Source: Christensenellaceae bacterium
Lineage (GTDB): Bacteria; Bacillota; Clostridia; Christensenellales; CAG-138
Direction: 5' to 3'
NCBI GenBank assembly: GCA_963674535.1
Contig: OY771363.1
Location: forward strand, 177,335 to 241,334
Length of the DNA: 64,000 bases
Shown: positions 38,501 through 47,210 of the stretch, in pieces
Numbering within the stretch: position 1 is the stretch's first letter
Layout: each line of letters begins with the position of its first letter
Position numbers and translations under genes: made by a program
The notes under the pieces: generated by a model
The model's input: only the letters and a program-made list of their open reading frames with translations
Told to the model about the DNA's origin: nothing
Database searches by the model: none

Positions 38501-40630
38501 TTGCGTTCTTCGCGAATTTCCGAAACGGGGATCACCCCCGCGCGTGCGGGGAATAGTGCGTGTTTCAATCTATTGGTTACATTCCCGAAGGATCACCCCC
38601 GCGCGTGCGGGGAATAGAAGAGCTTGACGCGAGACAAGAAGCAGCGGCCAGGATCACCCCCGCGCGTGCGGGGAATAGCACATCCTTTCTGGACATATTA
38701 TATAGTAGAAAGGATCACCCCCGCGCGTGCGGGGAATAGTTTACTCGCAGTTTTTAATAGATGATAGGATAGGGATCACCCCCGCGCGTGCGGGGAATAG
38801 GATTAGCTATTCTTTCTGCTTCATTATAACTCAGGATCACCCCCGCGCGTGCGGGGAATAGGGGTATCCCACCTAATGTAAAGACACTATTCTAGGATCA
38901 CCCCCGCGCGTGCGGGGAATAGTTCTGCTTCGGTGTATGCGTCCCTGTCTTTACGGGATCACCCCCGCGCGTGCGGGGAATAGGCAATCATGCGCGGGGT
39001 AAGTGCAAGGTGAGAAGGATCACCCCCGCGCGTGCGGGGAATAGAGGATGGCGGGGCGGACGTGCTCGCCGTGCAGAGGATCACCCCCGCGCGTGCGGGG
39101 AATAGCCCCCCTAGGGGGGTTTATCCTGCAAAAGCACAGGATCACCCCCGCGCGTGCGGGGAATAGTAACATGTTCGATAGCGCGGTCTATTAAGCACGG
39201 GATCACCCCCGCGCGTGCGGGGAATAGGTTCTTTTTTTTTGTTCTATTCTTTTTTTTATAGGATCACCCCCGCGCGTGCGGGGAATAGTTTACATCTTGT
39301 TTCAACTATTTCTATATCTGGGGATCACCCCCGCGCGTGCGGGGAATAGGCCCCCGGTTGGGATTTATCCTGCATTTGCATGGGATCACCCCCGCGCGTG
39401 CGGGGAATAGGAAACTAGCCACCAATGCGCGACATACGGCGCAGGATCACCCCCGCGCGTGCGGGGAATAGTACTGTTGAATGTTCACCGCCGCCGTTCG
39501 CCCGGGATCACCCCCGCGCGTGCGGGGAATAGGTTGTTTATCTTTTCTATATCTGGTTATTAATCGGATCACCCCCGCGCGTGCGGGGAATAGTATCTGG
39601 CAAGCATGGCTTGTGATACCCGATCAGGATCACCCCCGCGCGTGCGGGGAATAGAGGATAATTTACAAAATATCGCCAGTTTCAAGAGGATCACCCCCGC
39701 GCGTGCGGGGAATAGTTTTCGACTACCATGCCGTAGAAGTCAAATCCGGGATCACCCCCGCGCGTGCGGGGAATAGCACCATAGTACAGTACCAGACATA
39801 ATAGGGGTAGGATCACCCCCGCGCGTGCGGGGAATAGTAGAATAGTTATAAAAAATCTGCTATATTGTCAGGATCACCCCCGCGCGTGCGGGGAATAGGC
39901 TACCGTTTGCGCTTGACCGACCTCTCGGCTAGGATCACCCCCGCGCGTGCGGGGAATAGCCACCCGCCGACCGTAGACTGTGCAACTCCAAGGGATCACC
40001 CCCGCGCGTGCGGGGAATAGAGTAGCTGTTCATTTCCTTTGCATGTCGCGCCGGGATCACCCCCGCGCGTGCGGGGAATAGGCCGATGCCGTGTACCCGT
40101 TGTTATGTACCGTGGGATCACCCCCGCGCGTGCGGGGAATAGCCGAAGTTCCGCGCAAGCACGGTCACGTCAGAAGGATCACCCCCGCGCGTGCGGGGAA
40201 TAGCATTATATAGGGGCTGGCAGTCGCTGCCTTTCAGGATCACCCCCGCGCGTGCGGGGAATAGAGGTCGGCACCACTGAGGTCGGCACCACTGAGGGGA
40301 TCACCCCCGCGCGTGCGGGGAATAGTAAACGCGATAAACCCTTTTCTCGTTCTGGCAGGGATCACCCCCGCGCGTGCGGGGAATAGAAGTACTACACTAG
40401 ATTTGCGCACTGTATTGCGGGATCACCCCCGCGCGTGCGGGGAATAGTAGCCTGTCTTGGGCATCTCCGTTGAGTGTTGCGGATCACCCCCGCGCGTGCG
40501 GGGAATAGGACAGTAAAACCGTAAACCAACGCGAACAGATAGGATCACCCCCGCGCGTGCGGGGAATAGTTTTATAATCTAGTATATAAAACTAGAACAA
40601 ATGGATCACCCCCGCGCGTGCGGGGAATAG
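35540..40630 (-). CRISPR. Type I-E CRISPR array, 84 repeats of 28 nt and 83 spacers (mostly 33 nt)
   Basis: The repeat on the transcribed (minus) strand is CTATTCCCCGCACGCGCGGGGGTGATCC. From memory it closely resembles the S. thermophilus CRISPR4 I-E repeat. Hand count gives 83 spacers. Variant repeats sit at the low-coordinate end (35601-35628 has C to T), consistent with a trailer there and a leader next to cas2. Confidence 0.97.
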
Positions 40631-40668
40631 ACTTAAAAAATGCAGTAATTTGGCAGATTTTACGCTAT
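40631..40668 (-). promoter_or_regulatory. CRISPR leader-proximal segment (only 38 nt between the cas2::dnaQ stop and the first repeat)
   Basis: AT-rich sequence AATAGCGTAAAATCTGCCAAATTACTGCATTTTTTAAGT on the minus strand. The functional leader or promoter must extend into the cas2 fusion 3' end. Confidence 0.4.
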
Positions 40669-41550
40669 TCACTTCTTTTTTTCAATGAGTTTATCGTAGA
40701 TACGTTTCGTTGTGTGACAGTCAGCAATGGCTCTATGCGCACCTTCCGCGCTAACGGAAAAATAGGAGGCGAGAGTGGAAAGTTTGTAGTTTTCCAGATC
40801 ATAAATTGTTCTTCTTGCAAGCTCAGCGACATCGAAACTCTTATTAGACAGAGGTGGAAGCTCATGATGCCTACAGGCTGCACGCAAAAAACCATAGTCG
40901 AAGCGAATATTATATGAAAGAATGATCGCATCGCGGGCAAAGTCCAAAAATCCGGAGATTGATGCTTTTTCATCAATACCTGATTTCTGCACAAGCGCAT
41001 TCGTAATGCCAGTCATATTTTCAATGTTCTCAGGAATGGGGATACTGACTGCAATTAATACACTGTACTCATCCACCACCTCATCATCCACAACCCGTAG
41101 CGCGCCTATTTCAATCATATGATCGGCTTCAATAGAAAGTCCCGTTGTTTCCACATCCACGATTATATATGAATGCGGGAAGTCTTCAGTATGGCGAGCG
41201 TTGACGCGTTTTGCCATATGCATGCCCGATATGGAACTTCTCCAGCTCTGTGAACCATTGGTCTGCGTACGGTATGTGGCACTGGGTCTTAACATTAGCT
41301 TCATTCCATCGAAGTCAATTGGTTCCCATTCAGTATTATGAACGCAAAAATCCATGCGCTGCTCGTTTCTTGCACTGAATACCATCGTAGCGCGGCCATT
41401 CCCGAGTTCGCTTGTGATCTGTTTCCATAGCGCGTCCCGTACACGTGCGGGAACATGACCGACATATACGCAGGTATCGATTTCCTCGAGCCATTTTGTG
41501 AGGGATCCGCGAAGGCGAGGCGGGCAGTTACTCAAGCTGACAACGATCAT
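40669..41550 (-). CDS. cas2: Cas2 (type I-E) fused to a DnaQ-like DEDDh 3'-5' exonuclease domain
   Basis: The N-terminus MIVVSLSNCPPRLRGSLTKWLEEI... resembles E. coli Cas2. The C-terminal half has IIVDVETTGL ... NIRFDYGFL ... HRAIADCH exonuclease motifs. Start is uncertain (41550, 41580 or 41664). Confidence 0.85.
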   Translation of the reverse strand: MIVVSLSNCPPRLRGSLTKWLEEIDTCVYVGHVPARVRDALWKQITSELGNGRATMVFSARNEQRMDFCVHNTEWEPIDFDGMKLMLRPSATYRTQTNGSQSWRSSISGMHMAKRVNARHTEDFPHSYIIVDVETTGLSIEADHMIEIGALRVVDDEVVDEYSVLIAVSIPIPENIENMTGITNALVQKSGIDEKASISGFLDFARDAIILSYNIRFDYGFLRAACRHHELPPLSNKSFDVAELARRTIYDLENYKLSTLASYFSVSAEGAHRAIADCHTTKRIYDKLIEKKK

Positions 41551-42544
41551 GTGATTTTTCACCTCGAAGAATTCTGCCATTACCCAACAGCGGTTCATCA
41601 TCCAATGCGGTTTCTTCATCAGAAACATAAGAGACTCCTGCGGGTATTTTCGCCTTTTTTTCATCCCACAGATAGAGTACCTCCGGCTCTATTATGTCAA
41701 GAGGCGCTTCTTTGGCATCGAGCAGATAAATAATATCACGCACAAGTCGTTCGAGTATTTTCCCGTCGGAAATGGCGTCACGGACGGCGTGGCGTGTTTC
41801 AGAGCCAATATCGACCGGTGCTTTGGACGCAATATGAAAAGCGATCGGGATCGTGACCTCGGCTTTGTATAGATCGGCCATGTCATAGACAAAAGAACGT
41901 TCATGCCCATAGTGAACAAACCCAAGCCCGGGGGACAGCCCAAGTGCGGCGATCACGCTATGCGATACACCGTATAGGCAAGCATGTGCCGCGGACAGGG
42001 CCATGTTCACGGGGCTGCCAGAGGAAAAGTCATCGGGATTGTATTCTCGTCCATGCCACTCCACACCTGTTTCTTTGGAAACACGACGGTACACACCGCG
42101 TACACGTGCGCCCTCGCGTCCCCGAAGTTGCTGCATGGTCATAGAAGAGACATCTTCTCCTGGGAAGCGAATCTGATACATTTTTCTTGCAACATTTATG
42201 CGTAAGCGTTCGTTTGTGGCAAGCTTCGCCTGTCGCATCAGAAGTTCAGAAGAATGCGTAAGCGGACGGCCGTGCGCATAATAGCGAACACCCGATTCAC
42301 CCACCCACAGGAGGGTCATTCCCGACTCGCTTATCAGTTCGATCGCTCTATGTGTGATGTTGGTACCGGGGCCTACCAGAAGTACGCTCAAGGAAGCGGC
42401 GGGGACGTGAACCGTTCCCCGCGCTTCCGTGACAGTGATAGAACTATCCTGACGATTGACAATGCAGTGCTCAATATAAAGGAATGAAAGTCTTCCTTTT
42501 ATCGGGACGAGCTCAGAAAGAGCCGCCTTTGCTGGACTGTCCAT
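41528..42544 (-). CDS. cas1: Cas1 (type I-E)
   Basis: 338 aa. LSFLYIEHCIVNRQDSSITV... together with its position between cas6e and cas2. Confidence 0.9.
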   Translation of the reverse strand: MDSPAKAALSELVPIKGRLSFLYIEHCIVNRQDSSITVTEARGTVHVPAASLSVLLVGPGTNITHRAIELISESGMTLLWVGESGVRYYAHGRPLTHSSELLMRQAKLATNERLRINVARKMYQIRFPGEDVSSMTMQQLRGREGARVRGVYRRVSKETGVEWHGREYNPDDFSSGSPVNMALSAAHACLYGVSHSVIAALGLSPGLGFVHYGHERSFVYDMADLYKAEVTIPIAFHIASKAPVDIGSETRHAVRDAISDGKILERLVRDIIYLLDAKEAPLDIIEPEVLYLWDEKKAKIPAGVSYVSDEETALDDEPLLGNGRILRGEKSHDRCQLE

Positions 42545-42561
42545 GAAAGATGTATGCCTCC

Positions 42562-43194
42562 TTACACTCGCATGATAGTCAGGAGCCCGCAGCCGTAAGC
42601 TTTCGCCTTTCCAACTCCACTGGTAAGGGCCTTGGTGAAAAGCCCCACATCGGTCACAAGAAGAAACCCCTCAAATGTCACTGTGTGGATAGTTACGGTA
42701 TTGCTTTCATTACGACTTTTTTCGAACTTATACCACCGCGTATCGACCACGTCATAGCCGTCCGCATCGATAGAGAACCCGTTTCTTACAGCCCTTTCCA
42801 TCAACCACCGGCGCTGCTGCTCTGTCGTCACATGGGCGTGGATCCGACCCCGCTCACCTTCTTTTTCTGTCGCTGCACTGTGGATGGGGTTTGCCCGCAG
42901 ACGAAAGCACCAGTTTTGCCCGTTGGCAATCCTTTGGATGAGCGTATCATAACCCTTGATTTCACCAGCGTCGCCGGGCCTTCCGAACTGGGACGAAAGG
43001 TGCAAGAAGTTTGGCTGAGCGTGGCTCAGGACCAGAAGGTAACACTTGCCGTTAAGATGATCGATTCTCCAGAGATTGCGTTCCCTCGGACCTTCCAGAC
43101 AACGTTCAATAACGCCATGGATAATGCCGGGAGATTCTAGTGCCTGCATGGTCGCCCTGTTCTTTTCATCAAGCTCAATTCGGGATAGGTACAT
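42562..43194 (-). CDS. cas6e: Cas6e (CasE/Cse3) crRNA endoribonuclease
   Basis: MYLSRIELD... N-terminus and ...KAKAYGCGLLTI C-terminus are typical of CasE. The start overlaps the cas5e stop. Confidence 0.85.
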   Translation of the reverse strand: MYLSRIELDEKNRATMQALESPGIIHGVIERCLEGPRERNLWRIDHLNGKCYLLVLSHAQPNFLHLSSQFGRPGDAGEIKGYDTLIQRIANGQNWCFRLRANPIHSAATEKEGERGRIHAHVTTEQQRRWLMERAVRNGFSIDADGYDVVDTRWYKFEKSRNESNTVTIHTVTFEGFLLVTDVGLFTKALTSGVGKAKAYGCGLLTIMRV

Positions 43195-43886
43195 TACTTC
43201 ACCTCCAATTCCGCCATGGGATCGTGCGCAGTAGGGTTTTCGCTTTCGACATGCTCGCCGATGCCCGCGCATAGTACGGTGTATTCGTGAACGCGCCGGA
43301 ACCCATACGTCCTATGCGCGGGATTATAGGAAACTGGCGTATCACGAAGAAAGTAAGCATTCACCGCAGAGTCCGCCGTTTCTACCTGAATTCGAAAACG
43401 TGCACATTTACCGTCCAAAGGATCGGCGAGGCGAGGTTCCAATGAGAGCGCCTCTTCCAGTGAACAATCTCGAAGGCCCAGCGATAAGCGACCCGCCGGC
43501 GGGCAGGAACGCCGACCCAGAAACAGCGGGAATACTGGACGCTGTAGCGCGTCTGCAATCATACGAAACAGAGCCTCGTCGCCTTCCAACCCGGCAAGAA
43601 ACACGGCATCGGAAAGATAATGCTTCACGATTACATGGGATGCTTTTCCGTTCTCAATCGTCGTTTGAAAATCTCTCAGCAACACGCCCTCTCTGTCCGT
43701 TCTGCAGCCGAAGCGAAGGCAGAGAAGGTCGTCTATTGGTTCGTCGCGGCGGCGTCCAAGAGCCGCCGCCACAAGGCCGATAACTCCGCTCTTGGACGGC
43801 GCCCGCTTCGTCATCCGCTTGTCATATTTTGACTCGCCACCCCAAGACTGCAGGGGTGCTGCGAGGCGAAGGAGAAGTGTTGTCAT
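43194..43886 (-). CDS. cas5: Cas5e (CasD)
   Basis: MTTLLLRLAAPLQSWGGESKYDKR.T...PSKSGVIGLVAAALG is the Cas5e N-terminal signature. Confidence 0.9.
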   Translation of the reverse strand: MTTLLLRLAAPLQSWGGESKYDKRMTKRAPSKSGVIGLVAAALGRRRDEPIDDLLCLRFGCRTDREGVLLRDFQTTIENGKASHVIVKHYLSDAVFLAGLEGDEALFRMIADALQRPVFPLFLGRRSCPPAGRLSLGLRDCSLEEALSLEPRLADPLDGKCARFRIQVETADSAVNAYFLRDTPVSYNPAHRTYGFRRVHEYTVLCAGIGEHVESENPTAHDPMAELEVK

Positions 43887-44998
43887 ATCCGTTCATCGCC
43901 CTTTTCAAGCCGACTTTTCAGGTCTGCACCAAGTCGGTCGATTAATTCGGTAAAGGAACAGGGTTCTGCAAGGCCGGAAAGGAGCTTACCCGTTACCAGC
44001 GTGAGTGTGGGTTTATTTGCATAATCCGAGTAAACGGTTTGAGCATACTCGTTGAGTCTCTGGGCAGACGCCTCTACATAACCGTTTTCGGATACGCGAA
44101 CCGGCTTTTCAAAGGCTCCGACGAGATTCACGGGCTGATCGGTACGGACCGCAACCATCACGGTGTCGGGCAGTGTTCGGTTTGCAAACGTGTTTTGCTT
44201 GCCAGTCGGCATTGCATGGACAAAGGCGTAAACGAATTTCTGTACTGCTTCCACGGTTTCGTTGCCGAGGGAATCGGATAGCTCATATACGGCAACCGTC
44301 GCGTAGCGGTAGAGCGTGGATGAGTTAAACTCAACAGTCCCTAAATGCGCTGCTCCAGCGTTATCTTCCGGCGCCTGATCGTCAACCGCTGTAAAGTAGT
44401 CGTATTCATTCGACACCTTGTGCGTGGAAATGCTGTGCGCCACCTGAGCGCAGGCGTCGCTATTCAATGTCGGATCATCTGCTACCATGCGGCCAAAGAG
44501 GGCGATTTCAATGCCCGGATACTCGGACAGCGCTGCGTCAATCGCTTTTTTTGCGGCGCTCGTCGGTTTTTCATCCAATGTTTCGGGGTTGATCACGGCG
44601 AGTTTTGCCAAGGCTTTTGCCTGCATCTTGCTGATGAAGAAGAGCGCGCCTGTTGTGTACTCTGCTTCACTCTTCTTTTTACTGACGGATACGCCGGCAT
44701 TTTTCAGAATTTTTGCCGCTGTCTCCTCCGCATCTTTCGCCGCCGGATTCAACTGTCGAATCTCATCAGCGATGAGCGCTACGAGTTTCTTTGTGCGGAC
44801 GGCAAGCGCTTCCGGATCATACAGGCCCTGAAATACGAGGCGAATAGCCCGTTTCCAGCTCTGGGATGATACGCGCGCCCTCGTTACGCCGCCATAGACA
44901 GCTGTTTTCGGACTGCCGGTATCATCTCTGTTAACGCAACTCGGTGGCACCGTCTGAAGTACATGGACATCAACGAACAATCGACTTTCTTTTTTCAT
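43883..44998 (-). CDS. cas7: Cas7e (CasC/Cse4) Cascade backbone
   Basis: ...VHVLQTVPPSCVNRDDTGSPKTAVYGGVTRARVSSQSWKRAIR is the CasC signature. Confidence 0.9.
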   Translation of the reverse strand: MKKESRLFVDVHVLQTVPPSCVNRDDTGSPKTAVYGGVTRARVSSQSWKRAIRLVFQGLYDPEALAVRTKKLVALIADEIRQLNPAAKDAEETAAKILKNAGVSVSKKKSEAEYTTGALFFISKMQAKALAKLAVINPETLDEKPTSAAKKAIDAALSEYPGIEIALFGRMVADDPTLNSDACAQVAHSISTHKVSNEYDYFTAVDDQAPEDNAGAAHLGTVEFNSSTLYRYATVAVYELSDSLGNETVEAVQKFVYAFVHAMPTGKQNTFANRTLPDTVMVAVRTDQPVNLVGAFEKPVRVSENGYVEASAQRLNEYAQTVYSDYANKPTLTLVTGKLLSGLAEPCSFTELIDRLGADLKSRLEKGDERI

Positions 44999-45013
44999 TG
45001 GATTTAACCTCCC

Positions 45014-45607
45014 TTATTTTGTTTCAACTTCGTCTTTATCTAGATCGAATCGATGACAGAAATCCTGCCCCCAGCGCAGACGGACTCGGTCCTTCGCGGA
45101 ATCGGTTTGCAATAGATAGAGATCCGCAGCGAGCGCCGGGTAGTCAAGTTCGATCCCGTCCGCTTTCAGCAACTGGATCAGTCCTCGGATATGCGTTGCA
45201 AACTCCACCATAGTGTCGGCAGTCAACACGGCATCGAATCTCCGTTTTATACGCGCCTCTTCTTCGGGCGTTTTGACAAGCTTTCTTACGGCTTTTCCGA
45301 GCGAGACTCCCTCATGGTTCATAGGCTCCGTTTTCAAATCGTGGCCCTGCTGATGAAGAGCAAAGAGCGTTAGGGCCGTATAAGACGCCCACTCTCCGAA
45401 AGTAGGCGAGCCGTCGCGGCTCAGAAGTTCTTCTGGCAAGCCCTCCAGCGTAATGCTCCATAGCGATGGTATTGCACCGGGTTCACGTCCGATACCTCGA
45501 CGCAGATTTGCAAGAATCGCCCTAGCGGCAGTGTCGTTGTTCGTTTCGAAAACTACCGACAGTTTCCGTGCAACGAACGATTTTGTCAGTTGAATCCGAT
45601 CAGTCAT
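45014..45607 (-). CDS. cse2: Cse2 (CasB, Cas11e) small Cascade subunit
   Basis: 197 aa, ...ARAILANLRRGIGREPG..., positioned between cse1 and cas7. Confidence 0.85.
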   Translation of the reverse strand: MTDRIQLTKSFVARKLSVVFETNNDTAARAILANLRRGIGREPGAIPSLWSITLEGLPEELLSRDGSPTFGEWASYTALTLFALHQQGHDLKTEPMNHEGVSLGKAVRKLVKTPEEEARIKRRFDAVLTADTMVEFATHIRGLIQLLKADGIELDYPALAADLYLLQTDSAKDRVRLRWGQDFCHRFDLDKDEVETK

Positions 45608-47210
45608 TCTTTTTTCCTCCTGATAACAATATATGCCTGGAAGCAGTTCGCATTAAAAAGCGGTTATACGCATCCGGCGCGCTGTAGGTGACTTCCTCCT
45701 CACGAGCGCCTCTTTTTTCTATTATTGTGCGGCCAACAAGTGCCTGTGGGCCTGCTCTGTCAACAAGCTCCAGCCCGATACGGCGCGTGATGCGTTGTGC
45801 AATTTGCCACCATTCTTCAGCCTTCGCCGTCATTTCGTCATGTTCCGGATCAATGGATTCCAGCCACTCGCGAAAGGGCAAATCAAAGGCGAAATAAGCA
45901 CGTTCTTTTGCGGCTGCTTTTTCGTCGTCTGTTTTGGTGTTTCCAGCCGACTTTGCTATGCGCTCCGCAAGATAGGCAAGCTGTCCCGCAAAGGCGCCAG
46001 CAACGGATACTTCGGTCAGAATTGTCGAAACCCAGGAATCACCCTTTTCGGAAACCAGGTCGGCGCTGAAGGATACCGAATCGTCGACGATGTTTTTAAT
46101 ACAGTAACCCATGGCGTCGTATTCAACAGAAACGGTCTGAAGGTGAATCGGATTTTCAGAGATGACGCGTTTCCTTATCAGGTCGCTTTGCCACCGAACA
46201 ACGCCGGGCCGGGTGTCTTTATCTTCATTACGGACGAGCAGCGCGGAAAGGTCACGCCATAGTTGGCGTTCCGGATGGGGTGGTACCGGGAGGAAGCATC
46301 CTTCCCGTTCCTTTGACGGTCGCCACGCCGTCATTGGCTCAATGAACGCGTTCTCTTCTTCAAAGAAGTCGCCGCAGATTTCCCGATAACTTGTTACTCT
46401 GCCATGCTCGCGCTGAAGGATTACCCTCCGCGTTTGCAGTGTATAGAGTTCCGAAAGTTTTCCGGGAACAGGTATTGGACAATACTGGGTCAATTTTGCT
46501 TTCGGCGATTCCCAGGTCGGACATTCGAGAAGGTCCCGTTCGGACCTCGAATCAACCATAACAAGATTCAGCATCAGTGTTTCGAATAGATTCCTACCGA
46601 CCGCTGCGGTGGCAGTGAAGGCCGCAAGCCGGCATTTTGAGCCTTTTGGTTTAACTGCTGTGTCATACGCCATAAGACAGACAAGCCAGCGCGCCGCCTC
46701 GTCATAACTGAGAGTCGTTCGTTCCTCGCCTGTGCGTTGAAGGAAAAACCTGCTCGTGTTTTTATTGCCGCTTTCTGAGATTTCTTGATTCAGATTGTCT
46801 GCGGCACAATTTGTGGCGGAAGACATATTCGGGTTCTCTGGCACCTGAAAGAAGGGTCGCACCGGATCAAAGAGCCAGAAACGATCTCGATAGAAGGAAA
46901 GATAATTACTGATCGTTTTCGCTGGGAAGCGTCGTTCCTTCCAGACCTGCTGCCAACGGGCGAAAGCATCCTCCGACGACGTAACTTGCACCTCTTCACT
47001 GTCGGAATCGTATCGCGACAGAACGGTATGAAGTATGGAAAGGAGCAGCCGCAGTATGGCAATGTCCTGTGTGGGGAGCTCGCCCGCGAGACGGCGGAAT
47101 TCATCCGCTCGGGTGAATACTTCCGTAAGAGAAATCTTTTCTATCGAACCTTCGGGATGCATCACCATAATCCAAGGTTCGCTTAACAGGTTATATTCTT
47201 GTTCAACCAT
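45600..47210 (-). CDS. cse1: Cse1 (CasA, Cas8e) large Cascade subunit
   Basis: 536 aa. YNLLSEPWIMV... N-terminus is typical of CasA; the gene follows cas3. Confidence 0.9.
   Translation of the reverse strand: MVEQEYNLLSEPWIMVMHPEGSIEKISLTEVFTRADEFRRLAGELPTQDIAILRLLLSILHTVLSRYDSDSEEVQVTSSEDAFARWQQVWKERRFPAKTISNYLSFYRDRFWLFDPVRPFFQVPENPNMSSATNCAADNLNQEISESGNKNTSRFFLQRTGEERTTLSYDEAARWLVCLMAYDTAVKPKGSKCRLAAFTATAAVGRNLFETLMLNLVMVDSRSERDLLECPTWESPKAKLTQYCPIPVPGKLSELYTLQTRRVILQREHGRVTSYREICGDFFEEENAFIEPMTAWRPSKEREGCFLPVPPHPERQLWRDLSALLVRNEDKDTRPGVVRWQSDLIRKRVISENPIHLQTVSVEYDAMGYCIKNIVDDSVSFSADLVSEKGDSWVSTILTEVSVAGAFAGQLAYLAERIAKSAGNTKTDDEKAAAKERAYFAFDLPFREWLESIDPEHDEMTAKAEEWWQIAQRITRRIGLELVDRAGPQALVGRTIIEKRGAREEEVTYSAPDAYNRFLMRTASRHILLSGGKKND

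Noticed and set aside
40618-41000. Plus- and minus-strand ORFs (40618-40917 and 40665-41000) at the array/cas2 boundary.
   Set aside because: They overlap the DnaQ-like domain of the Cas2 fusion in other frames. The exonuclease motifs support the 40669-41550 frame.
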